From positions 1 to 64,000 of the IMG/VR virus record IMGVR_UViG_3300042308_001600: 64,000 nt of DNA; one strand, 5' to 3'. Position 1 is the stretch's first letter. Every line of letters begins with the position of its first letter. Of the stretch, positions 55,900-64,000 are shown piece after piece. Position numbers and translations under genes: made by a program. The notes beneath the pieces were generated by a model that made no database searches, was not told the DNA's origin, and worked only from the letters and a program-made list of their open reading frames with translations. The DNA comes from an uncultured virus (IMG/VR IMGVR_UViG_3300042308_001600). Its lineage: Duplodnaviria > Heunggongvirae > Uroviricota > Caudoviricetes.

Positions 55900-56591
55900 A
55901 TGTCGTCTTCGAGGTTTGTCATGTCCTCTACATCCGGGATGGAATCAAGGTCCCCAACGCAGACGTACACCTTGCGGTTGGCATGACAGAACTGGAGCGG
56001 GAAGGATTGTTCCCAACCCCAATCCTCTTTGCCGGAATGCGTCAAGGACACGAGAGCCTCCGTGGGTTTCTCTTTCCTGCCTATGGTTGAAATCGGGAGC
56101 TCCTGGAACAACGGCAAGACTGCCTCCCAGGTGATTTCGTCTTCTTCCTCATTGAACTCCAATACAGCGGTGTGCAGGTGCAGCTGGGTGTCTGCTATTG
56201 CCGGCCTGTCCTGGTCACAACGATAGACCTGCACGGTCAGGAGACCCAACCGCAACCCGAACAAGCTCACCGGCATGGTGTTATACGCGGCGCTCTTGTG
56301 TGAGCTGTGCAGAGGGTCAAGCTTGGTGTTCTCGCTCAGGTATATGGACACTTTGCGCTTCCCACTGAGAACCTTGATCTGACTGATATCCACGTCCCAG
56401 ACTACACCGTCGTCTACTTCGACGGCAGCGTAGCATTCCGGACCACGCAAGATGTACGAGATCTCACCGCGAATCACGCCGAACCAGGCGTCGTCGGCAC
56501 GCGCTGCAGCTTCCACGAAATCCCCCACGGCCAGCCCGGTCGGTTGCCAGGGCGTCACAATCCAGTCAACAGCAGTTAGAGTTGTACTCAT
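55884..56591 (-). CDS. hypothetical protein
   Basis: ATGA overlap. Confidence 0.62.
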   Translation of the reverse strand: MSTTLTAVDWIVTPWQPTGLAVGDFVEAAARADDAWFGVIRGEISYILRGPECYAAVEVDDGVVWDVDISQIKVLSGKRKVSIYLSENTKLDPLHSSHKSAAYNTMPVSLFGLRLGLLTVQVYRCDQDRPAIADTQLHLHTAVLEFNEEEDEITWEAVLPLFQELPISTIGRKEKPTEALVSLTHSGKEDWGWEQSFPLQFCHANRKVYVCVGDLDSIPDVEDMTNLEDDICQWD

Positions 56592-57031
56592 GATTCGTCA
56601 ATGATCTCGTAATCCAGGAACTCTCCAAACTCAGGCGCAGGCACCGGGAAGTCGGGATTGTATTTGATGTGAGGATGCCCCAGAGGAACCTTGGCTTCAC
56701 ACTCCATTCGATAAACCACACGCACTTTGCGTACCATCTGCACAACCACCCGCGTCGATGACTCTTGCGGATATGCAGGGTCACTGTACAGCACGTTGAA
56801 TTGAAAGTGCACCCCGTGTATGTCGGGTAGCTCCAGATAGGGGATATGCTTGGCTACCTCCAGGAGCCTGGCCGTGGTCGTCATGGGATTGAAACCATTG
56901 AACCCCATGACGTAGTACTGAATGAGATCGTCCCAGGCTACATCAATAGCCTCACCTCGCTGATGTCGCAGAGATTCAAATATCTGCGTGATATCCTGAC
57001 GGAATTGCTTACGTGACTGGATCAGGTCCAT
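56588..57031 (-). CDS. hypothetical protein
   Basis: part of the array. Confidence 0.6.
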   Translation of the reverse strand: MDLIQSRKQFRQDITQIFESLRHQRGEAIDVAWDDLIQYYVMGFNGFNPMTTTARLLEVAKHIPYLELPDIHGVHFQFNVLYSDPAYPQESSTRVVVQMVRKVRVVYRMECEAKVPLGHPHIKYNPDFPVPAPEFGEFLDYEIIDES

Positions 57032-57776
57032 GGTCCGATGCTGGTTCGGTTTGCGTGTCTGAGATCAACGCCTTGGGTCCCTTTTCACGGGGACACACAT
57101 TCTCGTTCATGTTCGGCACATAGAACTTCAGGCAGGCCTCCTCGAGGTGCTTGATGTCCAGGAGCTTATGCTTTGCGTCCATGACCACGCAGTGGTTGTC
57201 CCGGGTGTCGATCCGGAGTTCCAGGTACTTGGCTGTCGCCGCCATGTTGGTGTTGCCCCAGTAGAAGTTCGGGTGGTTCAGGACTGCCAGCACGCGTGCT
57301 AGCGGCACCCACGTGACTTCCTCAGGTTGACGCGCAGCCGACAGTTCACCATCCTTCGCGATTACCGAGAGGTCCGCGTGAATATTCCGCAGCTCTGTTG
57401 CGATCCCCTGTGCTGTCAGCTCCAGGGCGGCGCGGCGGGCATGCACACCGAGCTTCAATGCTTGATCTATGGCATCTACCATGGTTGAACAAGTCGTGAC
57501 GGTGTGGTTGATCGCAAACAACAGCGCCGCAGTTTTTGCCGTCAGCGTGATTGATGCCGCTGCTTGCGTGGCCAGCTCCGCCAGCTCCTCAAGCATCGCA
57601 GCCCGCTGCTGGGATGTCTGCGCCTCAGCCAGGTAGGTGTTAAGGATAACGGAGAGTTCCTGCGCCGTGTACTCCTCTTTGGTGAGCTCAATGCGTTCAA
57701 CTGAATCGTCTGCCAGGATCGCATGCATGCGGTCCACAAATTTAGTGATCTGTTCAATGCGATAAGTCATGACCAT
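57009..57776 (-). CDS. hypothetical helical protein
   Basis: KYLELRIDTRD motif. Confidence 0.65.
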   Translation of the reverse strand: MVMTYRIEQITKFVDRMHAILADDSVERIELTKEEYTAQELSVILNTYLAEAQTSQQRAAMLEELAELATQAAASITLTAKTAALLFAINHTVTTCSTMVDAIDQALKLGVHARRAALELTAQGIATELRNIHADLSVIAKDGELSAARQPEEVTWVPLARVLAVLNHPNFYWGNTNMAATAKYLELRIDTRDNHCVVMDAKHKLLDIKHLEEACLKFYVPNMNENVCPREKGPKALISDTQTEPASDHGPDPVT

Positions 57777-57994
57777 TTTTCGTTGTTTGGACGTTCTTTC
57801 TTCGGTTCTGGTTCACGCCACGTGTGCGCTTTGTAGATGAGCCAAAAACCCACACAGGCCCCTGCGATCTGCCCCACGACGCACAACATGCCAAACACGG
57901 CGCCGGAAGAGTCGGCCAGCAGCACCGCCCAAGGAACCATACCAACCAACACGCACACCCAACCCAGCACAAAGTACCGGACGTCTCTGCTCAT
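57767..57994 (-). CDS. two-TM small membrane protein
   Basis: start refined to MSRDV; two hydrophobic helices. Confidence 0.58.
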   Translation of the reverse strand: MSRDVRYFVLGWVCVLVGMVPWAVLLADSSGAVFGMLCVVGQIAGACVGFWLIYKAHTWREPEPKKERPNNEKWS

Positions 57995-58011
57995 TCTAGT
58001 TCTGCCCATGT

Positions 58012-58058
58012 AAATATGAAAAATGGACTGGCAGGTGTGAGGGAGCACCTGCCAGTCC
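58012..58058 (-). terminator. intrinsic terminator (possibly bidirectional)
   Basis: perfect 13 bp stem GGACTGGCAGGTG/CACCTGCCAGTCC (58025-58058); followed by ATTTTTCATATTT on minus and TGTTT on plus. Confidence 0.75.
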
Positions 58059-58059
58059 T

Positions 58060-58235
58060 GTTTAATAAACGCCAGCTGTTCTGATCGGAAACCCTGCCGC
58101 GGTTTATTGCGCGTGCAGGGACAATACGTGAAACCCTGTAACCACTCAGGGAAAGGTTGCAGGAAAACGCTTCCGACACTGCACACCTGCTGGTGGTGCA
58201 TCTGCAGCTAGGGGAGCACTAGCCGCAGATAAAAT
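58060..58235. ncRNA. candidate structured RNA/DNA element (four further hairpins)
   Basis: stems CCCTGC/GCAGGG, CCTGTAACC/GGTTGCAGG, TGCAC/GTGCA, TCTGCAGCTAG/CTAGCCGCAGA in the largest intergenic gap. Confidence 0.4.
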
Positions 58236-58261
58236 GAGAATGACACGACGTGCGTATCCAA

Positions 58262-60316
58262 TCAAGCTCCAATGCGCGTCCGGAACTCTTCTTCGGTTAC
58301 CACCATGACACCCAGCTTCGCGGCCTTGTCGAGTTTCGAGCCTGCCTTGTCACCGGCGAGCAACCGGGTCGTGTTCTTGGTCACCCCCGATGCCACCTTG
58401 CCTCCGTGGGCCCTGATCATCGCCGCTGCGATCTCACGTGGGACCGTCAGGGTGCCGGTGATGACCCAGATTTCACCCTCCAAGGTGTTACCTTTGATCT
58501 CCCGCGTGGCTTCCGGGAACTCGAAGCCGACCAAACCCAGCAGATCAATGTCCCGCACCTTCTCGGTGTCTTGCCGCCAGGCCAGGAAGGCTGCGGCAGC
58601 CACAGGGAGCATATCCGGACAGGACAGGATATCCTGGTCGGCGGCGGCCAGGATTGCTGGGATACTGCCAAAGTGTGTCACGAGCGCCCTCGATGCCGTG
58701 TTGCCAACCTGCGGGATACAGAGTCCCCGGATAACCCGGTCTTGCTCCTGGGCTGCGCGTTGACGTGCCGTCGCGAGTGCCTTGACGGTATTGCTGGCCT
58801 GCTTCTCCCCTAGCCCGCACCGATCCAACTCGGGGATGCCAAGCAGGAACAGATCTGCGTACCGTTTCACGCGCGGCAGATGCGTCAAAATCGCCTCAAT
58901 AGTGGACGGTCCCATTCCCTCAACATCCAAAGCGGCCTTGGATACAAAGTAGCAGAGACGTTGCTTGAACCACTCCGGGCAATCATAGTTGGTGCAACGG
59001 ATTGCCACCGCCTCTTCCTCAGACTTGCCTGTGGGGGAGCCGCAGAACGGACACTCCGTTGGGGCGAAGATCTTGGAACAGTCGCCTGTGCGCTTGTCCA
59101 GAATCGGCCGTAAGACCTGCGGTATGATTTCTGCTGCTTTTGCAATGATCACATGGTCCCCGACCCGGATGTCCTTCGCGGCGACATCCACATAGTTGTG
59201 GAGGGTCGCGCGCCGAATCGTGGAACCAGCAAGCTTCACGGCACGGAGTTCCGCCACGGGCGTCAGGACACCGTTCTTGCCCATCTGGACCGTCACGGAA
59301 TTCAGGACGGTCTTGGCTTCCTCGGGTGGGTACTTGAAGGCCGCGGCCCAGAGCGGGGCTGTCTTGTTGGTGCCAAGCAGTCGGCGGAGATTCCGCTGAT
59401 CAAGCTTGATCACCGCGCCATCGATGTCGAAGGGCAACGTACCACGCTCACTCTGCAGCTGCGCCAGCGCATCCTTCAGAGACACCAAGGTCTGCTCGAC
59501 GGTGGGTTGGCGTGTGCGGTACAGGACATGCGGAGGAAAGGTCGGCAGGCCCATGCAGCGGAACTGATCATGGAGGGTTGTCTGACAGACCCAGCTGTCA
59601 CATTCCAGCAACTCGTAGATGACACAGTCCAGACGCCGCTTGGAGGTCTCACGCGGGTCCAGCTGCTTGAGGGCTCCCACGGCAGCATTGCGGGGGTTTG
59701 CCCATTCCTCTTCCCCGGCGGCGACACGCTGTGCATTGAGCAGCTGGAATGTATCCCGCGACATGTACACTTCCCCACGAAACACCATCTCATCCGGGTG
59801 CAGGAAGCCGGTAGTGCTCTTGAGTTGCAGCGGGACGCTACGAATCGTCCTGACCTGGGCCGTCACATCATCACCCGTGATACCGTCACCACGGGTCAGG
59901 GCGCGCGTCAAAATACCATGGTTGTAGTACAGCTCCACGGAGAGACCATCCACCTTCGGCTCCACCAAGTAGGCTGGCGTGTCCTGCGTCCCGATTGTTT
60001 TCACGCAACGCTCCAAGAATGTCTTGATATCCTTGTCCTCGTAGGCATTCGCGAGGCTGAGCATTGGGATCTGGCGCATGCAGGAAGCAAAGCCCTTCAG
60101 GGGTTGCTGCAGGATGCGCTGCGTTGGGGACGCCGGCGTCAGGAGTTCCGGATAGCTCGCTTCGTAGATCTGCAGTTCTCGGAACAGCTTGTCGTATTCC
60201 TGGTCTGATATCACGGGCCGCCCCACCTGGTAGTACCAGTTAGCGGCATCTTCAATCTGCTTCCTGAGAACCTCAATGCGGTCTCGTACTTGTGCGGGTG
60301 TAGTGGGTGTGCTCAT
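58262..60316 (-). CDS. ligA: NAD-dependent DNA ligase
   Basis: YY....ISD.EYD, MLSL.N, EPKVDG adenylation motif, TRGDG..G, NPRNAA, DG.V.K, ATLHN, C4 Zn finger, HhH, BRCT. Confidence 0.96.
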   Translation of the reverse strand: MSTPTTPAQVRDRIEVLRKQIEDAANWYYQVGRPVISDQEYDKLFRELQIYEASYPELLTPASPTQRILQQPLKGFASCMRQIPMLSLANAYEDKDIKTFLERCVKTIGTQDTPAYLVEPKVDGLSVELYYNHGILTRALTRGDGITGDDVTAQVRTIRSVPLQLKSTTGFLHPDEMVFRGEVYMSRDTFQLLNAQRVAAGEEEWANPRNAAVGALKQLDPRETSKRRLDCVIYELLECDSWVCQTTLHDQFRCMGLPTFPPHVLYRTRQPTVEQTLVSLKDALAQLQSERGTLPFDIDGAVIKLDQRNLRRLLGTNKTAPLWAAAFKYPPEEAKTVLNSVTVQMGKNGVLTPVAELRAVKLAGSTIRRATLHNYVDVAAKDIRVGDHVIIAKAAEIIPQVLRPILDKRTGDCSKIFAPTECPFCGSPTGKSEEEAVAIRCTNYDCPEWFKQRLCYFVSKAALDVEGMGPSTIEAILTHLPRVKRYADLFLLGIPELDRCGLGEKQASNTVKALATARQRAAQEQDRVIRGLCIPQVGNTASRALVTHFGSIPAILAAADQDILSCPDMLPVAAAAFLAWRQDTEKVRDIDLLGLVGFEFPEATREIKGNTLEGEIWVITGTLTVPREIAAAMIRAHGGKVASGVTKNTTRLLAGDKAGSKLDKAAKLGVMVVTEEEFRTRIGA

Positions 60317-60780
60317 GCGTCCTTGTCGTGCGTGGTGTGCAAGGCATTGGCCGGCATTCTCAGTTCCGTCAGTAGCGCGTATTCGTCAAGCGCCTGCGCC
60401 TTGTCTTCCTCCTCATAGAACTCCTCCAGCAGAGGAACCGCACCCAAGTCCAGTTTGAGGGTCAACACATGCCCTTGTTTGTCCGGATGCATACCCAGAG
60501 TAACCGTACCAGGTTTGAGGCTCAGCGCGTACAAGAACATACGAGCTCGCCGCATCGTCTGATTGATTTCCGAATTGCCCCCCGCGACCTGATGCAGAAA
60601 CTGTCTTATGGGCTGCGCCAGCTGCAGCATAACCAGGGCGTCCACTTGGCACTCTCTGTCTAACTCCGAAAGATTCACGAGGGCTTTGGCCCAGCACTCC
60701 GGCTGATCGAGTTGATCCGTCAGCACTCGTTTAATGGCTTCCTCGGGAGGAAGCCCTGCGGGAATAGGTGGGGAGGTCAT
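60313..60780 (-). CDS. hypothetical protein
   Basis: ATGA overlaps. Confidence 0.62.
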   Translation of the reverse strand: MTSPPIPAGLPPEEAIKRVLTDQLDQPECWAKALVNLSELDRECQVDALVMLQLAQPIRQFLHQVAGGNSEINQTMRRARMFLYALSLKPGTVTLGMHPDKQGHVLTLKLDLGAVPLLEEFYEEEDKAQALDEYALLTELRMPANALHTTHDKDA

Positions 60781-61298
60781 GACAACAGTGTCTTGAAAAA
60801 CTTCCGCTGGGCGCGCCGCCCGGCTAACAGGAGGTCGACGAGCTGCCCGACGGTAAAGTCATCTGGGATCGGGATGCTTTTACGATTACCCCCATTGATG
60901 GCGCCGAGGGAACCGGGGGCGAATTTGGCTTGTCTCGCTACGGACGGTAACACAAAGTGCAGTGACGCTTTGTTGTAGTTCGTGAATCTCAACTCCAAGG
61001 ACGGACTGCGCGTACGCATTAGATTCGCCACGACTGTAAGATCACAGTACAACCCCATTGGACCTAGCACGGCCGCCTCGGGACCAAGAAGTTTACGCAG
61101 GGCTGGAGCAAGCCCTTGCTGGATTATCACAAAGTTCCAATAGTACTTTTCAGGTCTAGGATGAATCGTCACTTCGCACCCAGCCTCCGCCGCAAAACGA
61201 CGGCGCATGGCTTCGAAGCGTGCCCTCCCCCTTGCCCAGGATTTTACGAAATCTTGTACGAACTTGTCCCGCGTTGCTTTGGTGCTACGCCTGCTCAT
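60777..61298 (-). CDS. hypothetical protein
   Basis: ATGA overlaps. Confidence 0.62.
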   Translation of the reverse strand: MSRRSTKATRDKFVQDFVKSWARGRARFEAMRRRFAAEAGCEVTIHPRPEKYYWNFVIIQQGLAPALRKLLGPEAAVLGPMGLYCDLTVVANLMRTRSPSLELRFTNYNKASLHFVLPSVARQAKFAPGSLGAINGGNRKSIPIPDDFTVGQLVDLLLAGRRAQRKFFKTLLS

Positions 61299-61972
61299 AG
61301 CTCTGTCAGGAACTTTTGTCCACGCATCGTCACTGAGTTTTCTTTCCAGATCTCGAAGTCCAGTTCTGCCGGTACGCGGCCCAGCTCATCACAATGATGC
61401 AAGAACGCCTTCTCCAACCGCAAATACTCATTACCGGAAGGAGTTGTTTTGGGAATCCCAGCACACAGGCGTTTGCGCTGCATGTACTGTAAGATGTGGG
61501 TATCCAGGCAGGCCAACTGCAATCCGGGGCGTGTGAATAGCATGAGCATAGAGGCGCTCTTGAGGCCGTAACCGGGAAGCGTTACGAGGTCCTCGCGTGT
61601 GCAGGTGCGGAGATTCAGCAACCCCTCATAGTGCCTGGCTGCCACATGGAACAGCAACCGCGACAAGCGCACGTACTGACCAACCTTGTGTTGCTGTAGC
61701 CAGATCACCAATGCCGGCTCCTCTTTCACCACACGCTGCGCTTCCGCTCCGCTGTCCGGAACACACTTTCGCGCGTCGGCCCATAACATGGACAAACAGT
61801 CGAAGGGACAGCGCAGTCCGTACAGCTCCCGCCAGTCACCCAGCAGGGCGTCCAACTTGCGTTGCTGAACGCCAGCATGTTTACCCGCCACAAAGGCCGT
61901 CAACATGAAGAATCGTTGCAGCTGAGCATCTGTGGCCTCGTACAGGAAGGGGTACTCGACAGTACCGCTCAC
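61295..61972 (-). CDS. HhH DNA glycosylase/AP lyase (Ogg2/8-oxoG-like)
   Basis: LVTLPGYGLKSAS (HhH with Lys), LDTHIL (catalytic Asp), Y..LE..F, ELD..IW. Confidence 0.78.
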   Translation of the reverse strand: MSGTVEYPFLYEATDAQLQRFFMLTAFVAGKHAGVQQRKLDALLGDWRELYGLRCPFDCLSMLWADARKCVPDSGAEAQRVVKEEPALVIWLQQHKVGQYVRLSRLLFHVAARHYEGLLNLRTCTREDLVTLPGYGLKSASMLMLFTRPGLQLACLDTHILQYMQRKRLCAGIPKTTPSGNEYLRLEKAFLHHCDELGRVPAELDFEIWKENSVTMRGQKFLTEL

Positions 61973-62349
61973 GAGGCGAGGCCCTCCAACCGCGACCGTT
62001 CAGCCAACACGGTGTCATAGTTCCACGCCGGACAGACGTCGTGGTCCGGTGACGAGACTGAGACATTCAAGATACCCCAGCTACGGAGATGCTCATGGAG
62101 CTGGGCGCATAATTCCAGACTCAGGTCTCCGACATTAAAGTCCTCCACAGAATCCTGCCAGGCACGCTTGCCCTCGTCCGTCTCAATAATCCAATCCGTC
62201 ACGGCAGACTGCACTCTGCTCAGCACTTCCTCCATGGTCATGGCGGTTATTGTACTGCACCTAAACTCCAGCTTCGTGCTCGGTTCACCCTCGCGTGATA
62301 TCAGAATCACGTGATCCGCTTGGGCGTTCAATGAGATCTTCTGTGACAT
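61969..62349 (-). CDS. hypothetical protein
   Basis: W...T.EG..AW.....DFN.GDL. Confidence 0.62.
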   Translation of the reverse strand: MSQKISLNAQADHVILISREGEPSTKLEFRCSTITAMTMEEVLSRVQSAVTDWIIETDEGKRAWQDSVEDFNVGDLSLELCAQLHEHLRSWGILNVSVSSPDHDVCPAWNYDTVLAERSRLEGLAS

Positions 62350-62993
62350 CCTGTCAGGAATTGGTACTTCTCATAACACCACTGCTGCGCACGAAACCGC
62401 ATACCCTGCCTGTACTGCTCATGACGTTTCATCGCCGTCAGGTTGCTGAGGTACAAGTCCTGCACGGCTTGCTGTAAGACACGCCATTCGAGTTGCTTCG
62501 GATCCCGTGCCTGTTGCTGCAAATTTATCACCGCAACCTCCATGCTCTTCAGCATGTTTTGCCGCGCCTCCAACGTCCCGTAGGCACGCGCGTACGTGTT
62601 GTCACTGGTCGCCAGCGAGATCTTTATGCTGCTCGCACAGCACAGCAGAAACACACAACCCAACAACGGATGGTCCGGAATCGTCACCAAGGCATTGAGA
62701 CAACCACACAGCATGACACCGACCCAAATGCTGGTCAGATCAGTCAGGACCGGTCGCCAGTCTGTCAAGGCCACGTACACATCGTAGGTACCTTCTGAGA
62801 GCCAGTACCACGCAGTGTGGCACTTGAGGATAAGATTTCGTAGTTTGTTCAAAACTGGTTTCCAAGCGTGTCGAATAAATCCGTGAACATGTCTGCGGTC
62901 GAGGAGTCGGGACGCTCCAGATCCAACAGCTGCGGGTTGTGCGTGAGCACGGTCAACAGTGTACTGAGGAGCTGATCTACTGCGATGTTCCAC
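62328..62993 (-). CDS. membrane protein (start uncertain)
   Basis: two hydrophobic helices mid-ORF; 5-prime end overlaps the upstream gene. Confidence 0.5.
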   Translation of the reverse strand: MEHRSRSAPQYTVDRAHAQPAAVGSGASRLLDRRHVHGFIRHAWKPVLNKLRNLILKCHTAWYWLSEGTYDVYVALTDWRPVLTDLTSIWVGVMLCGCLNALVTIPDHPLLGCVFLLCCASSIKISLATSDNTYARAYGTLEARQNMLKSMEVAVINLQQQARDPKQLEWRVLQQAVQDLYLSNLTAMKRHEQYRQGMRFRAQQWCYEKYQFLTGCHRRSH

Positions 62994-63199
62994 TCATCGC
63001 GCCGATCCCAGTACCAGTCATCGTCCTCCTTCTCAATTGTAAGATCCGACGAGATTGTCACCGGGGTGCGCTCCGTATGGGAGCCTACCACCTGCACTTC
63101 AATGTAGTTTGTACCTTGCGGGAACGCTTCTGTGACGCCGAAATCAAACCGGACAAACTGCTGTTGCCCCCTGTACTCGTGATAGGCCTTGGTGGACAC
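62849..63199 (-). CDS. acidic hypothetical protein
   Basis: GTG start preceded by TAAAAT; first gene of the array. Confidence 0.6.
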   Translation of the reverse strand: MSTKAYHEYRGQQQFVRFDFGVTEAFPQGTNYIEVQVVGSHTERTPVTISSDLTIEKEDDDWYWDRRDEWNIAVDQLLSTLLTVLTHNPQLLDLERPDSSTADMFTDLFDTLGNQF

Positions 63200-63219
63200 T
63201 AAGTGCTGATTTTACTGCG

Positions 63220-63849
63220 CTATGCGCCTCCTGCGTACGGCGGGAGAGACGGAGCTGGTATTGTTCCTGAAAGTAGCGAACTTGGAGACGGAGCCCCCAT
63301 CAGAATTTTTTTGAACATAGCTGACGATAACATTGCTTGCTCGTTCTCATTCGGTACTCCGCCAAACCTAGCGGGTGTACGGAGCAGATTCGTCTGTAAT
63401 GGATCTGCCTTGCTCTGTGCTCCCCAGTTAGTTGGGCGTGTCGGGTAACCCGCGCCCTCCTCCATTTCCCTGACGGAACCGGTGATGGGTTTAGTTGGGG
63501 TTAGCCCTGCTGCTCCTGCAAGCTGACTGGAGTGATCTGCAAACGCTGGTATCGATGATTCATCGGAACCACCCTGCCCACGCCAGTGTTCCAAGCCCGC
63601 ACCAACCCCAGCACCACCAAGACCCCCGAGCAGCATACCTTTCAGGATCGAGGGAGAACCGTTCTCCTCCTCATCCCGTTTGCTCTGCATGAGCTTACGG
63701 ACACCCTGAATGGCGCCACCCCCGAGCGCCCCGGCTCCACCACCAAGGATGGCGGCCAGGATGCGGGGGTTAATTGGCGCTTGGGCTGGTTCACCCGCAG
63801 CGCGCTTGATGATGAAAGTCGTGAGATTGATACGGAATGGCAGGTTCAT
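63220..63849 (-). CDS. KxA-motif glycine-zipper protein, putative virion protein
   Basis: RINLTTFIIKRAAG; two GGxGAxGG helices flanking a charged linker, as in the 12021-14726 polyprotein. Confidence 0.72.
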   Translation of the reverse strand: MNLPFRINLTTFIIKRAAGEPAQAPINPRILAAILGGGAGALGGGAIQGVRKLMQSKRDEEENGSPSILKGMLLGGLGGAGVGAGLEHWRGQGGSDESSIPAFADHSSQLAGAAGLTPTKPITGSVREMEEGAGYPTRPTNWGAQSKADPLQTNLLRTPARFGGVPNENEQAMLSSAMFKKILMGAPSPSSLLSGTIPAPSLPPYAGGA

Positions 63850-63860
63850 AGGAATGAGTA

Positions 63861-63889
63861 AATGTTTCACAGCGGCCGAGTACCGGCAA
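63861..63889 (-). promoter_or_regulatory. sigma70-like promoter
   Basis: TTGCCG-17 bp-AACATT ending 11 nt before ATG 63849. Confidence 0.4.
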
Positions 63890-64000
63890 GAACTTCCTCG
63901 AAGTCCTTGCGAGTGATCCCAAGCAGCTGGCGAATGGTGTCCTCTGCGGCTGGGTTCGGCATAGGCTCCGGGAGGTCAATGTAACCCCAGTTCTTGTTGG

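Noticed and set aside
57995..58201. N-terminal extension of ORF 57767-58201
   Set aside because: Runs through a strong terminator and hairpins; ATG 57994 gives a clean two-TM protein.
1..64000. Stop-codon reassignment, tRNA genes, CRISPR arrays, reverse transcriptase/DGR
   Set aside because: The standard code gives dense gene tiling with TAA, TAG and TGA all used as stops; no cloverleaf, repeat-spacer array or RT motif was recognised by eye.

Overview
The window is most consistent with a large (jumbo-type) tailed-phage genome segment in the standard genetic code; no rRNA, tRNA or CRISPR array was seen. Almost all coding is on the minus strand. Block 1 (1-14726, plus the last gene at 63220-63849) holds low-complexity Pro/Gln/Gly-rich, probably virion-associated proteins punctuated by a recurring K-x-A motif and a shared HI[QRK]VS[ST] motif. 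It also holds an intein-containing RNA polymerase beta-prime catalytic piece (NADFDGD) fused behind a HAD phosphatase and Zn-ribbons, a polyprotein with an inorganic-pyrophosphatase-like domain, HExxH and ART-like proteins, and a holin coupled to a membrane-anchored orphan PAS protein. Block 2 (14827-63199) is a ~48 kb array of tightly overlapping, mostly small genes. It includes two PAPS-reductase-like proteins, C5 and N6 DNA methyltransferases, a GHKL-HExxH fusion, an ACP fusion, NAD-dependent ligase, an HhH glycosylase, DUF932/DUF6876/DUF4313/DUF6745-like proteins, and one antisense HNH endonuclease. The best candidate for a new system is a K-x-A/HIxVS-tagged, proteolytically processed virion cargo set (RNAP + HAD + PPase + peptidase + ART). 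All family assignments are from motif recognition by eye, not database searches; many starts were refined by eye from ATGA-type overlaps.
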